A stretch of DNA of 64,000 nucleotides from Myxococcota bacterium (lineage in GTDB: Bacteria > Myxococcota_A > UBA9160 > UBA4427), in assembly GCA_046583195.1 (NCBI GenBank), contig JAYGCV010000128.1, positions 10,113 to 74,112 of the forward strand, written 5' to 3'. This document shows, one piece after another, positions 56,691 through 64,000 of the stretch. Within the stretch, counting starts at the first letter, position 1. Every line of letters begins with the position of its first letter. Under the pieces are notes generated by a model, which saw nothing but the letters and a program-made list of their open reading frames with translations, was not told the origin of the DNA and searched no databases. Both the position numbers and the translations under genes were made by a program.

Positions 56691-57958
56691 GCGACGATCG
56701 CAAAACGCAGCCGGCGGGGACGCCCGAAAGGCCGGACCGCGCGCAGCTTCTTCGGCAGCTCGGTGCCGAGGAACATGCCCCGGTCTCGATCGATGGGGCC
56801 CTGGTGCACCGCAGCCTTCGGCCGGGAGACGCTGCGGCCGTCGCGGATATTCTTTCGCAACTGCGCGGCAGCGACATCGCGGTGGTGGTGCGGGGGGCGG
56901 GCTCTTCGCCCGGGCCCTCGAACCCGCCGAAGCGCGCCGATCTGCTTCTCGAGACCACGAAGCTCAGCGGTGTCGACGACTTCGATCCCGAGGAAGGGGT
57001 CATTCACGTGGGTGCCGGTACCCGGCTCTCTACCATTCGCGAGGCCGCCCGTGCCGCGGGCTGGGAACTTCCACTCGATCCGCCGGGCGCGAGCGCGACC
57101 CTCGGCGGTATTCTTGCCCGGGCCGCGGTGGGTCCACGCGAACTCGGCTTTGGCCCTGCTCGCGATTGCGCACTCGGTGTCGACGTCGTTCTCGCCGATG
57201 GGACCGTCACCCGCTGCGGCGGGCGAGTCGTAAAGAACGTCACCGGCTTCGACCTCGCCAGGCTCTACACCGGTTCCTGCGGAATTCTTGGCGTGATCGT
57301 CGGTGCCTGGCTGCGCCTGCGCCCGCGCCCGGCGGCCGTCAAGGCGCTCCGCGCGAGCGGTTTCGACCGCCCGCGTCTGCTTGCGTGGACGGCAGAAGCG
57401 GCGCTGCGGGGAACGGCGCGTGCCGCGGGACTCGTGACTTCGGGCCTGCTTCCGGGAGGGTCCACTGAAGAGGGCTGCTTGGCGTGGGTCGAATTCGCCG
57501 GCGAGGTTCTCGCGGTGGAAGAGGATGCGAACGCCACCTTTCGGGCGCTGCCCGGAGTCGAGGAGGTCGAAGAGGCCGCTGGCCCGCTGCGTGAATGGCA
57601 AGCCGCTTCGCTCGGAGACCGGGCCTTGCGCGCGCGTCTCCATGCGGGCACGGGTTCGATCGAAACCGCCAGCGCAGCGCTCGAAGAAGCGGGCTTCGCG
57701 CAGCTCGTGTACCCCGGCACGGGGACCCTCTACGCGCACACGCGCGCCTCGGCGTTGCACGGCCCGATCAAAATCCTGCGCAGCCTTCGGGAGCGACTCG
57801 GCGGTGACCTGTGTTTCGAGGAAATGCCCGACGATGCGAAGGCAGATTATGATGCCTTCGAAGTCAGCCCGGACGAACGCCAACTCTGGTCTGCCCTGAA
57901 ACAGCGCTTCGACTCCGAAGGTCGCCTGAACCCGGGCCGCGGCGCGGGAAGGCTCTAA
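56687..57958 (+). CDS. glcE: glycolate oxidase FAD-binding subunit GlcE
   Basis: The ATG at 56687 overlaps the glcD stop (ATGA). FAD-binding domain with VVKNVTGFDLARL. Sits between glcD and glcF. Confidence 0.8.
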   Translation: MSDDRKTQPAGTPERPDRAQLLRQLGAEEHAPVSIDGALVHRSLRPGDAAAVADILSQLRGSDIAVVVRGAGSSPGPSNPPKRADLLLETTKLSGVDDFDPEEGVIHVGAGTRLSTIREAARAAGWELPLDPPGASATLGGILARAAVGPRELGFGPARDCALGVDVVLADGTVTRCGGRVVKNVTGFDLARLYTGSCGILGVIVGAWLRLRPRPAAVKALRASGFDRPRLLAWTAEAALRGTARAAGLVTSGLLPGGSTEEGCLAWVEFAGEVLAVEEDANATFRALPGVEEVEEAAGPLREWQAASLGDRALRARLHAGTGSIETASAALEEAGFAQLVYPGTGTLYAHTRASALHGPIKILRSLRERLGGDLCFEEMPDDAKADYDAFEVSPDERQLWSALKQRFDSEGRLNPGRGAGRL

Positions 57959-59241
57959 TGGGCGAGCGGAAACACTCGAGCGGGGGGCTCCCCGATTCGC
58001 TCTACCAGGGCACCCTCGACTGCGTTCACTGTGGCCTGTGTCTCTCTGCTTGCCCGACCTACCGGGTGACCGGCCAGGAGATCGCGTCGCCGCGCGGGCG
58101 CATCTACCTGATGCGCGGCGTGGCGGAGGGGCGCATCGAACTCGGGTCGGGTTTGGCGCAGGAGAGCCGCCTGTGTCTCGGCTGTCGAGCCTGCGAGACG
58201 GCCTGCCCGGCGGGTGTCGGCTACGGCGCGTTGCTCGAGGCCACGCGCAGCGTGGTGGCGCGCGAGCGCATTGACTGGGGAATCTTCCAGCGAATCGAGC
58301 GGATGGTGTTGCGCCAGTGGGTGCCACGGCCACGGAGGCTGCATTGGGCGCTCTCGCTATTGCGAGCGTTCCAGGGCCTGAAACTCGATCGACTCGCTGC
58401 TCGCTGGCTTCCGCGAAACCTAAGCGGCGCCCTGGAACTCGCACCGAGGGTTCCCCCCGCGTCTTCTCGTCGGCGCCTTCCCGCGCAGACTCCGGCGCGC
58501 GGCGAACGGCGCGGGTGCGTCGCCTTCCTCGAAGGCTGCGTGATGCCCGAGCTCTTTGGCGACGTCAACAGGGCCAGTGTCGAGCTGCTCTCGCGCCAGG
58601 GTTTCGAGGTGTTGGTCCCCGAGGCGCAGGGTTGCTGCGGAGCACTGCAAGCCCACGCCGGAGATCTCGAGACCGCGCACACACTGGCCTCGAAGAACGC
58701 GGCGGCCTTCGACGCGCTCGACGTGGATGCGATCGTGGTAAATTCTGCCGGCTGTGGTGCGGCGCTTCGCGAATGCGAGAGATGGATCGGAGCGGCGGGC
58801 GAGCGCACGGCCTCTCGCATTCGGGATATCAGCGAGTTCCTCGACGAAGTGGGCCTGCGCGGTCCCCTCGGTCGGGTTTCGCTGCGCCTCGCCTACGACG
58901 ATCCGTGCCACCTGGTCCACGCACAGGGCGTGGCCGAGGCCCCTCGGCGGTTGCTGAAGGCCATCCCCGGAATCGATCTGGTCGAACACGCCGAGGCGTC
59001 GGCGTGCTGCGGTGCGGCCGGCACCTACAACCTCGCCCAACCCGAAATGGCAAGAGCCGTTCTCGACCGCAAACTCGATCATCTCCTTGCAGCCGCACCG
59101 GAGTGTGTCGCTACCGGAAACCCGGGCTGCCTGATGCAGATCGCCTCTGGTCTGGCGCGCCGTGGCTCTGCGATTCGAGTGCTCCACCCGGTGGAGATCC
59201 TGCTCGAGGCCTGTCGGGGAGCTTCCGAGACTCAGCGGTAG
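57958..59241 (+). CDS. glcF: glycolate oxidase iron-sulfur subunit GlcF
   Basis: Two 4Fe-4S ferredoxin motifs (CVHCGLCLSACP, CLGCRACETACP) plus two CCG domains (DPCH..., NPGC). Confidence 0.9.
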   Translation: MGERKHSSGGLPDSLYQGTLDCVHCGLCLSACPTYRVTGQEIASPRGRIYLMRGVAEGRIELGSGLAQESRLCLGCRACETACPAGVGYGALLEATRSVVARERIDWGIFQRIERMVLRQWVPRPRRLHWALSLLRAFQGLKLDRLAARWLPRNLSGALELAPRVPPASSRRRLPAQTPARGERRGCVAFLEGCVMPELFGDVNRASVELLSRQGFEVLVPEAQGCCGALQAHAGDLETAHTLASKNAAAFDALDVDAIVVNSAGCGAALRECERWIGAAGERTASRIRDISEFLDEVGLRGPLGRVSLRLAYDDPCHLVHAQGVAEAPRRLLKAIPGIDLVEHAEASACCGAAGTYNLAQPEMARAVLDRKLDHLLAAAPECVATGNPGCLMQIASGLARRGSAIRVLHPVEILLEACRGASETQR

Positions 59242-61592
59242 AGGAAAGCGTCGGGCGTCGGTTTCGGCGTGCGCCAGCGCGGGAAGGCGCCCAGCGAGAG
59301 GTCGCCCAGTGAGCCCTGGAAGACCAGATCGAAGGGCAGGATCGATTCCCGAGAGCGCACCATTCCGTACTTTTCGCGCAGGCTCTCGTAGACGTAGGTC
59401 GATTGCGCCGCGGGTCGGTGGTCGATCGTTTCGGTGAGGCCGAGGCGAGCGCGCTCGAAGTAGAGATCGCGGCGCGCGTCGGCCTCGACGGCGGCGTCTT
59501 GGTCGATGCGCGCGGTTTCGAAGGTGCTCTCTTCCAGGATGGCGATCGTGCGCGCCAGACGCTCTTGCGAGATCGGCCGCTTGATCCGGTGGGGCTCATC
59601 GTCTTCGCTGGCGTTCGCGTCGACGAAGTCGAACTCGATGATGCGCCCGCCGAGAAAGGTCACGCCGCGTGGATGCAGTTCGCCGTTGGCCAGTTCGCCG
59701 TCGACGTACTCCGCCCGCAGCCCGAGCCCGTAGGGCCCTGCCACCGCGGGGTTTTCATACAGAAACCCTCGTGTCATGCGGATGCTCTGGGGGAAGCCCT
59801 CCTCGACTTCGGTTCTTGCCATGGTTCCCGCAGCGGCACCGGCTTCGGAGTCGGGATAGTCGCGTGCCAGATTCCGCAGCAGCGTGGAGCGCAGGTCACG
59901 CCGTCGGATCTTTCCCGCTGCCGTGAGCGTCTGGCCGCCGGTCTTTTCGACCAACTCGAGGCGCTTCGCCGCCGGGAAGCCCGGCTGGAAGTCGGCGAGA
60001 CGCAGCGCACGGTGAAAGTGCCCGCGACCTTCTTCGTATTCGTAGAGCCACGCGATCAGTTCTCGCGAATGCGCTCCCTCGGGGTTGCGGTCGAGATAGC
60101 GGTAGGCAGAGATCGCCATCCCTCTCTCGAAGTCGGGCTTCACGCCGCTGGTCTGCATCAGGTGGCGCAGCGGCGCGGTGACCGCCGCCTGGGCCAGGCG
60201 CGGAATCGCCATGGCGTAGCCTGCGGCTTGCGGCAGCGCCTTGTAGCGCGGCATGCGGATGTCACCGAAGACGTACCAGACGGCTTCGCGGCGCTGTTTC
60301 GTTGTCCGCTCGGCCAGGAACGTTCCGTAGGGGTTTTGATGGGGATCGCTCACCAGCGCGGCGGCGTGTCGCGCCATGTTCGATTTTGTGGGAGAGAGAC
60401 GCGCGATCGCGCCGAGATGTCGCCAACTCGCGCGCTCGCGCCCGGCTTCAAAGTGGTCGAGGGCAGCGATGAAGGCGGCCTCATCGTGCAATTCGCCCGA
60501 AGCGTCGGCGGCGCGCAATTCGCGCGCGATCGCGTCGAGATCCGAACCGGGCAGCAGCAGCGATTCCGAGACGCGTCGCACGACCACGGGGCGGCGCATC
60601 GCCAGCTCCGACAACTCGGCCTCGAAGCCCGGACCGGCCGCAAGTGTGCGCGGCCTTTCGGGCGGGTGTGACAGCTCCGTGGGCCGCTCCGTGTTCGCCT
60701 GCAGGCTGCGGTGGCGCAGGCGGCGCTGTCGCGCGATCTGTGAACTGGCTTGCGCGCCGATCGCGACCACGTTGGAGGCACCCTGAACCTCTCGTTGCGC
60801 GTGTTTCGCGTAGACTTCGGCCAGCCGCGGCTGGCCCGCTTCGAGGGCGGCATCCGCGGTTCCGGCGAGTGATCGCGCTCGCGTCTCGTGCAAGTCGCGT
60901 TCGGCACTCACGATCTGTTCGCGAACCTTCGGAGCCTCCGGTGCATCGGGGTGGGCATCGAGAAAGTGTCGCCGCAGCACCAGTGCCTGGCGTTCGGGGA
61001 GGCTGAGAGGGTCGACCTCGAGCATTCGCACCGCCCACTGCAGGACGCTCACTGCGATCTTGTAGGGGGCCAGCGCCAGTCCGCTGAGCACGGAAGTTCC
61101 GAGGGGTTCGGCAATGGCGTTGAAGGTGTGGGCGAAGAGCGTGTGACGGTGATCGAAAATGTGCCGGTCCGCGCGCTGTAGCGGATCGGAGTCGACGGCG
61201 GCCTCCAGGCGCTTTTCGAGCAGGGGGTCTGCGTTGCCCTCGGCAAGGAGCTTCTTCGAGGCTTCGCGGTAGGCCGTCGGGTCGTCGAGGCTCGCGTTTG
61301 CGAGATCGCGGCCCAGGGGTGCGAGGCGCGGGTCGGTCATTTCGAGGACGTAGAGGCTGCGCGCCACCTCTTGCTGGGAAGCGCCGAGGCTCGCCTCCAG
61401 CAGTTCAGCCGCTGCGCGATCCCGTCGCAACGGGAGCGGCGAGCGCGCCCTTCGCATCGGCTCGAGCGTGGTGGCTGCGGTGGGCACAGTCCGTGGTGGC
61501 GTGCTCTGGCAGCCGACCGTCGCCAGCAGGGCGAGCCCCGCGGTCAGCGCGATCCAAAGGCGGTGTCGGCGGTTATTGCGTGAAGCGGTCAC
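59232..61592 (-). CDS. large lipoprotein of unknown function
   Basis: The proposed GTG start at 61592 gives (M)TASRNNRRHRLWIALTAGLALLATVGC (positive n-region plus lipobox). About 786 aa, mostly helical composition, no family recognised. The ORF track extends to 61733. Confidence 0.65.
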   Translation of the reverse strand: MTASRNNRRHRLWIALTAGLALLATVGCQSTPPRTVPTAATTLEPMRRARSPLPLRRDRAAAELLEASLGASQQEVARSLYVLEMTDPRLAPLGRDLANASLDDPTAYREASKKLLAEGNADPLLEKRLEAAVDSDPLQRADRHIFDHRHTLFAHTFNAIAEPLGTSVLSGLALAPYKIAVSVLQWAVRMLEVDPLSLPERQALVLRRHFLDAHPDAPEAPKVREQIVSAERDLHETRARSLAGTADAALEAGQPRLAEVYAKHAQREVQGASNVVAIGAQASSQIARQRRLRHRSLQANTERPTELSHPPERPRTLAAGPGFEAELSELAMRRPVVVRRVSESLLLPGSDLDAIARELRAADASGELHDEAAFIAALDHFEAGRERASWRHLGAIARLSPTKSNMARHAAALVSDPHQNPYGTFLAERTTKQRREAVWYVFGDIRMPRYKALPQAAGYAMAIPRLAQAAVTAPLRHLMQTSGVKPDFERGMAISAYRYLDRNPEGAHSRELIAWLYEYEEGRGHFHRALRLADFQPGFPAAKRLELVEKTGGQTLTAAGKIRRRDLRSTLLRNLARDYPDSEAGAAAGTMARTEVEEGFPQSIRMTRGFLYENPAVAGPYGLGLRAEYVDGELANGELHPRGVTFLGGRIIEFDFVDANASEDDEPHRIKRPISQERLARTIAILEESTFETARIDQDAAVEADARRDLYFERARLGLTETIDHRPAAQSTYVYESLREKYGMVRSRESILPFDLVFQGSLGDLSLGAFPRWRTPKPTPDAFLYR

Positions 61593-62577
61593 GGTCCACC
61601 TTGAGCGTGAAGGCGAGGAAGGCCTCGAAGCGCCGGGCCGCCTGGAGTTTCTCGGGCGTCCCGTCCTCGGAGGCCACAGTCTGGTAGATCTGCGATGCCG
61701 CTTCCACCAGTTCCTCGAAGACCACCGGATCAAAGCGCAGGCTCTCCGGGGGGTTCGCCTGTACGTACTCCTGGGCCATCAGCGCGTAGAAGTCGGCGGC
61801 GTCGAGCAGGTGTTGGCGTTTTCCCTTGCTGGCGGCGTGCCGCGAGGCCACGCGCTGCAGTTCGGAGATGGTTCGTACCGAGCCGTTTACCAAGACGTGG
61901 CGCAGCGCCTTGAAGTAGCGCGCTCGGGTGACGTCGGAGCGTTCGATCTCTTCCCTTGCGACGTGCGCGTAGTGGTTGTCCGCATTCGACTCGACGATTT
62001 TGGAAAGCAGCGCAATGCGCTCGTCGAGCCCGGCGACGACGGCTTCAGGATCGGTGGGCAGGGTCTGGTTGGCGGCTCCCGGCGCGAAGGGGTCGGGGAG
62101 ATCGATCCCGACCCGATTTGCGCGGTCGATGGCCTCGACGGTGGCAGCGCTCGTTAGCGCCTCCTTGCGCAGGCGCGGACTCTTCTCGGCGGCGGCACGG
62201 TAGTGCTCGGCGGCGAGGTCGTAGGCGCGCAGACGTTCGAGACTTCGGGCCTTCGCGAAACCGATGGCAGCGTCCATGTGGCCTGCGCGGAGCGTGTCGG
62301 CGTGCATCTTCTCGAGGTTTTCGAGGCGCAAGAGCGTCGAGCGGTAGACGTTCCGGTCGGTGAAATCGGTGGCGGGTGCGAAGCGATAGGTGTCGTCCGG
62401 CACATGGCGACGCAGCACCGCGATGACTTCGATGACGCTCTCGGTGGGCCCGTAGATCGCCTCTTCGCGTTTTTGAGGGCTCTGGCAGCCGAGCCCGAAC
62501 CCCAGTGCGAGCACGAGCAGCAGCGCGACCCCGGCTGCGCCTGCGCCCGGCGATTTTGTGTGGATTGCACCCGGCAC
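61573..62577 (-). CDS. lipoprotein of unknown function
   Basis: The proposed GTG start at 62577 gives (M)PGAIHTKSPGAGAAGVALLLVLALGFGLGC (lipobox LGC). About 334 aa, helical/TPR-like composition. The rest of ORF 61573..63978 upstream is an Arg-rich shadow of cimA. Confidence 0.6.
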   Translation of the reverse strand: MPGAIHTKSPGAGAAGVALLLVLALGFGLGCQSPQKREEAIYGPTESVIEVIAVLRRHVPDDTYRFAPATDFTDRNVYRSTLLRLENLEKMHADTLRAGHMDAAIGFAKARSLERLRAYDLAAEHYRAAAEKSPRLRKEALTSAATVEAIDRANRVGIDLPDPFAPGAANQTLPTDPEAVVAGLDERIALLSKIVESNADNHYAHVAREEIERSDVTRARYFKALRHVLVNGSVRTISELQRVASRHAASKGKRQHLLDAADFYALMAQEYVQANPPESLRFDPVVFEELVEAASQIYQTVASEDGTPEKLQAARRFEAFLAFTLKVDRDRFTQ

Positions 62578-62603
62578 GCAGGGACCCGGTCCTGGCTTCC
62601 GGC

Positions 62604-64000
62604 TCAGCGCGCGCGCCGCGTGCCGCGGCCGCTTCGCGTTGGCGACGGAGTTCTCGGCGCCATGGCGTTGAGCATCTTCTCGGTGGCGATGATCGCCGCC
62701 GCCAGCTGATCGGAATCGACGCCGATGGTTGCAAAGCTGTCCTCTCCGTCGCCGCTGCGGCGTCCCTCGGAGCTCCAGGTGATGGTCGTCTCGACCAGCG
62801 CCCCCGTGCGCCCGCCCGGCGGGATGCGAACGCGGAAATCGCGGAGGCGGGGGACTTCGATGCCGAGCCCCTTCGCGGCCTTGCGCGTGGCATTCATGAA
62901 GGCGTCGTAGCCGCCGTCGCCGCTGGCCACAGCGGTCTTCGTCTCGCCGCCGAAGGCCAGGGAGACCTCGGCATGGGGCGAACCGCCGCTGCTCACCGAG
63001 ACTTCCCAGGTCTCCACCCGGACCAACTGTTCTCCCGGTGTCTTCAGGACATCCGCGATGATGTAGGGAAGGTCTTCCGGGGTGACGGAGTGCTTGCGGT
63101 CCCCCAGATCGACGATGCGTTCGAGCACCAGCGCGTGCTGGGGAGGCGTCAGCGAGATCCCGAGGTTCTCGAGATTGTGATCGAGCGAGGCTTTCCCAGA
63201 GAGTTTTCCGAGGGCGTAGCGGCGCGCTCGGCCGAAGCGGGCCGGTACCAGGCGGTTGGCATAGAGATCGCCCTTTGCGTCTCCGTCCGCGTGGATGCCC
63301 GAAGTCTGGGTGAAGACGTCGCGGCCCACGATCGGGCTGTTGCTCGCGACCTCCTTGCCACTGAAGCGCTCGACCAATCGGGAAAGGGCACTCAACTTCG
63401 ATTCGTTGACGCCGGTGCGGTGCGGAGAGTGGTCGTGGAGCGCAGCCACCACCTCGGCGAGGCGCGTGTTTCCCGCCCGTTCGCCGAGGCCATTGACGCT
63501 GGTGTGCACGCCGCGCGCACCCGAAGCGACCGCGGCCAGGCAATTTGCGGTGGCGAGGTTGTAGTCGTTGTGGGCGTGAAATTCGAAGTCGACGGCGGGC
63601 CAGGTCGTGGTCATCAGCGACACCGTCCGCGCAGTTGCCTCGGGTGAGAGGATTCCCAGCGTGTCCGGCAGGTAGATGCGGCCGACCCGCACTTCCCGGA
63701 GCAGTTGGACCAGTTCGTAGACGTAGTCGAACGAATCCTGAACGCCGTTCGACCAATCCTCGAGGTAGACATTCACCTGCATCCGCCGGCGGCGCGCGTA
63801 GCGGATGGTTTCGGCGATCGCCTCGCGGTGCTTTTCGGGGGTTTGGCGCAACTGTGTTCGACAGTGGGCCTCGGAGCCCTTCGTAAGCAGGTTCAGCACC
63901 TTTCCGCCGACGCCGGCAATCCAATCGACCGAGATCTTGCCGTCGCAGAAGCCGAGGATTTCGACGCGCTGCAGGCAACCCTCTTTGCGGGCGAAGGCGC
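62604..64000 (-). CDS. citramalate synthase / 2-isopropylmalate synthase family protein (N-terminus beyond window)
   Basis: The frame is open to the window edge (AFARKEGCLQRVEILGFCDGKISVDW...). Motifs: YLEDWSNG, FEFHAHNDYNLATAN, HTSVNGLGERAGN, and a C-terminal LeuA-dimer-like domain. Confidence 0.85.
   Translation of the reverse strand, partial: AFARKEGCLQRVEILGFCDGKISVDWIAGVGGKVLNLLTKGSEAHCRTQLRQTPEKHREAIAETIRYARRRRMQVNVYLEDWSNGVQDSFDYVYELVQLLREVRVGRIYLPDTLGILSPEATARTVSLMTTTWPAVDFEFHAHNDYNLATANCLAAVASGARGVHTSVNGLGERAGNTRLAEVVAALHDHSPHRTGVNESKLSALSRLVERFSGKEVASNSPIVGRDVFTQTSGIHADGDAKGDLYANRLVPARFGRARRYALGKLSGKASLDHNLENLGISLTPPQHALVLERIVDLGDRKHSVTPEDLPYIIADVLKTPGEQLVRVETWEVSVSSGGSPHAEVSLAFGGETKTAVASGDGGYDAFMNATRKAAKGLGIEVPRLRDFRVRIPPGGRTGALVETTITWSSEGRRSGDGEDSFATIGVDSDQLAAAIIATEKMLNAMAPRTPSPTRSGRGTRRAR

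Noticed and set aside
61573-63978. 801-aa ORF.
   Set aside because: The upstream 467 codons are an Arg-rich alternative frame of the cimA/leuA-family gene (62604..64000). Only the C-terminal ~334 aa, beginning at a lipoprotein signal, look real.
1-64000. CRISPR arrays, rRNA genes, intact IS elements, transposases, integrases, and prophage or known defence-system genes.
   Set aside because: None seen. There are no regularly spaced repeats and no ORF with transposase, integrase, Cas, restriction-modification or toxin-antitoxin motifs that I could recognise.

Overview
This is a high-GC, Gram-negative-type bacterial chromosome segment (lipobox lipoproteins, tatAC, glcDEF) made almost entirely of conserved housekeeping operons. 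Plus strand, start of window: a truncated IclR-like regulator, acyl-CoA dehydrogenase, malic enzyme, and a pccB-like carboxyltransferase. Minus strand: a degenerate REC/AAA+/HK-like regulator, tatA, tatC, and a ubiquitin-like gene. Plus strand: secreted hypothetical, GNAT, aminotransferase, M23 peptidase, yjjX, gshA, trxB, and a PAS-HisKA-REC protein. Minus-strand block: rne-family RNase, rplU, rpmA, obg, proB, proA, nadD, rsfS, gpmI, comF. Plus-strand block: selA, HNH, minD-like ATPase, J-like/HTH protein, rluD, pgeF, rho, prfA, prmC, murA, hisD/B/H/A/F, rpsU, dnaG, rpoD. The window ends with an oxidoreductase, tRNA(CAU), a small accessory patch (broken Hint domain, GFA, VOC, PhyH-like, SDR), lipoprotein pcm, a TPR-zincin protein, glcDEF, two large lipoproteins, and a truncated cimA/leuA-family gene. 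Most long ORFs antisense to these genes are Arg/Ala/Pro/Gly-rich shadow ORFs typical of high GC. The strongest finding is a 113-aa ORF (5228..5569, minus). It is a eukaryote-type ubiquitin: about 49 of 72 positions are identical to ubiquitin by hand alignment. It sits between a Sec-type signal peptide, whose predicted cleavage exposes Met1 of ubiquitin, and a hydrophobic Gly/Ala/Leu C-terminal tail that replaces LRLRGG. No E1/E2/E3/DUB genes are visible nearby. Secondary observations are a family of intergenic palindromic elements sharing a CGGGGACG core at four or more gene ends, a 174-nt imperfect hairpin between rne and selA, a decayed Hint/BIL cassette next to the tRNA, and several signalling proteins with missing or mutated catalytic residues. 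All calls come from reading the sequence and the ORF track; no database search was run.
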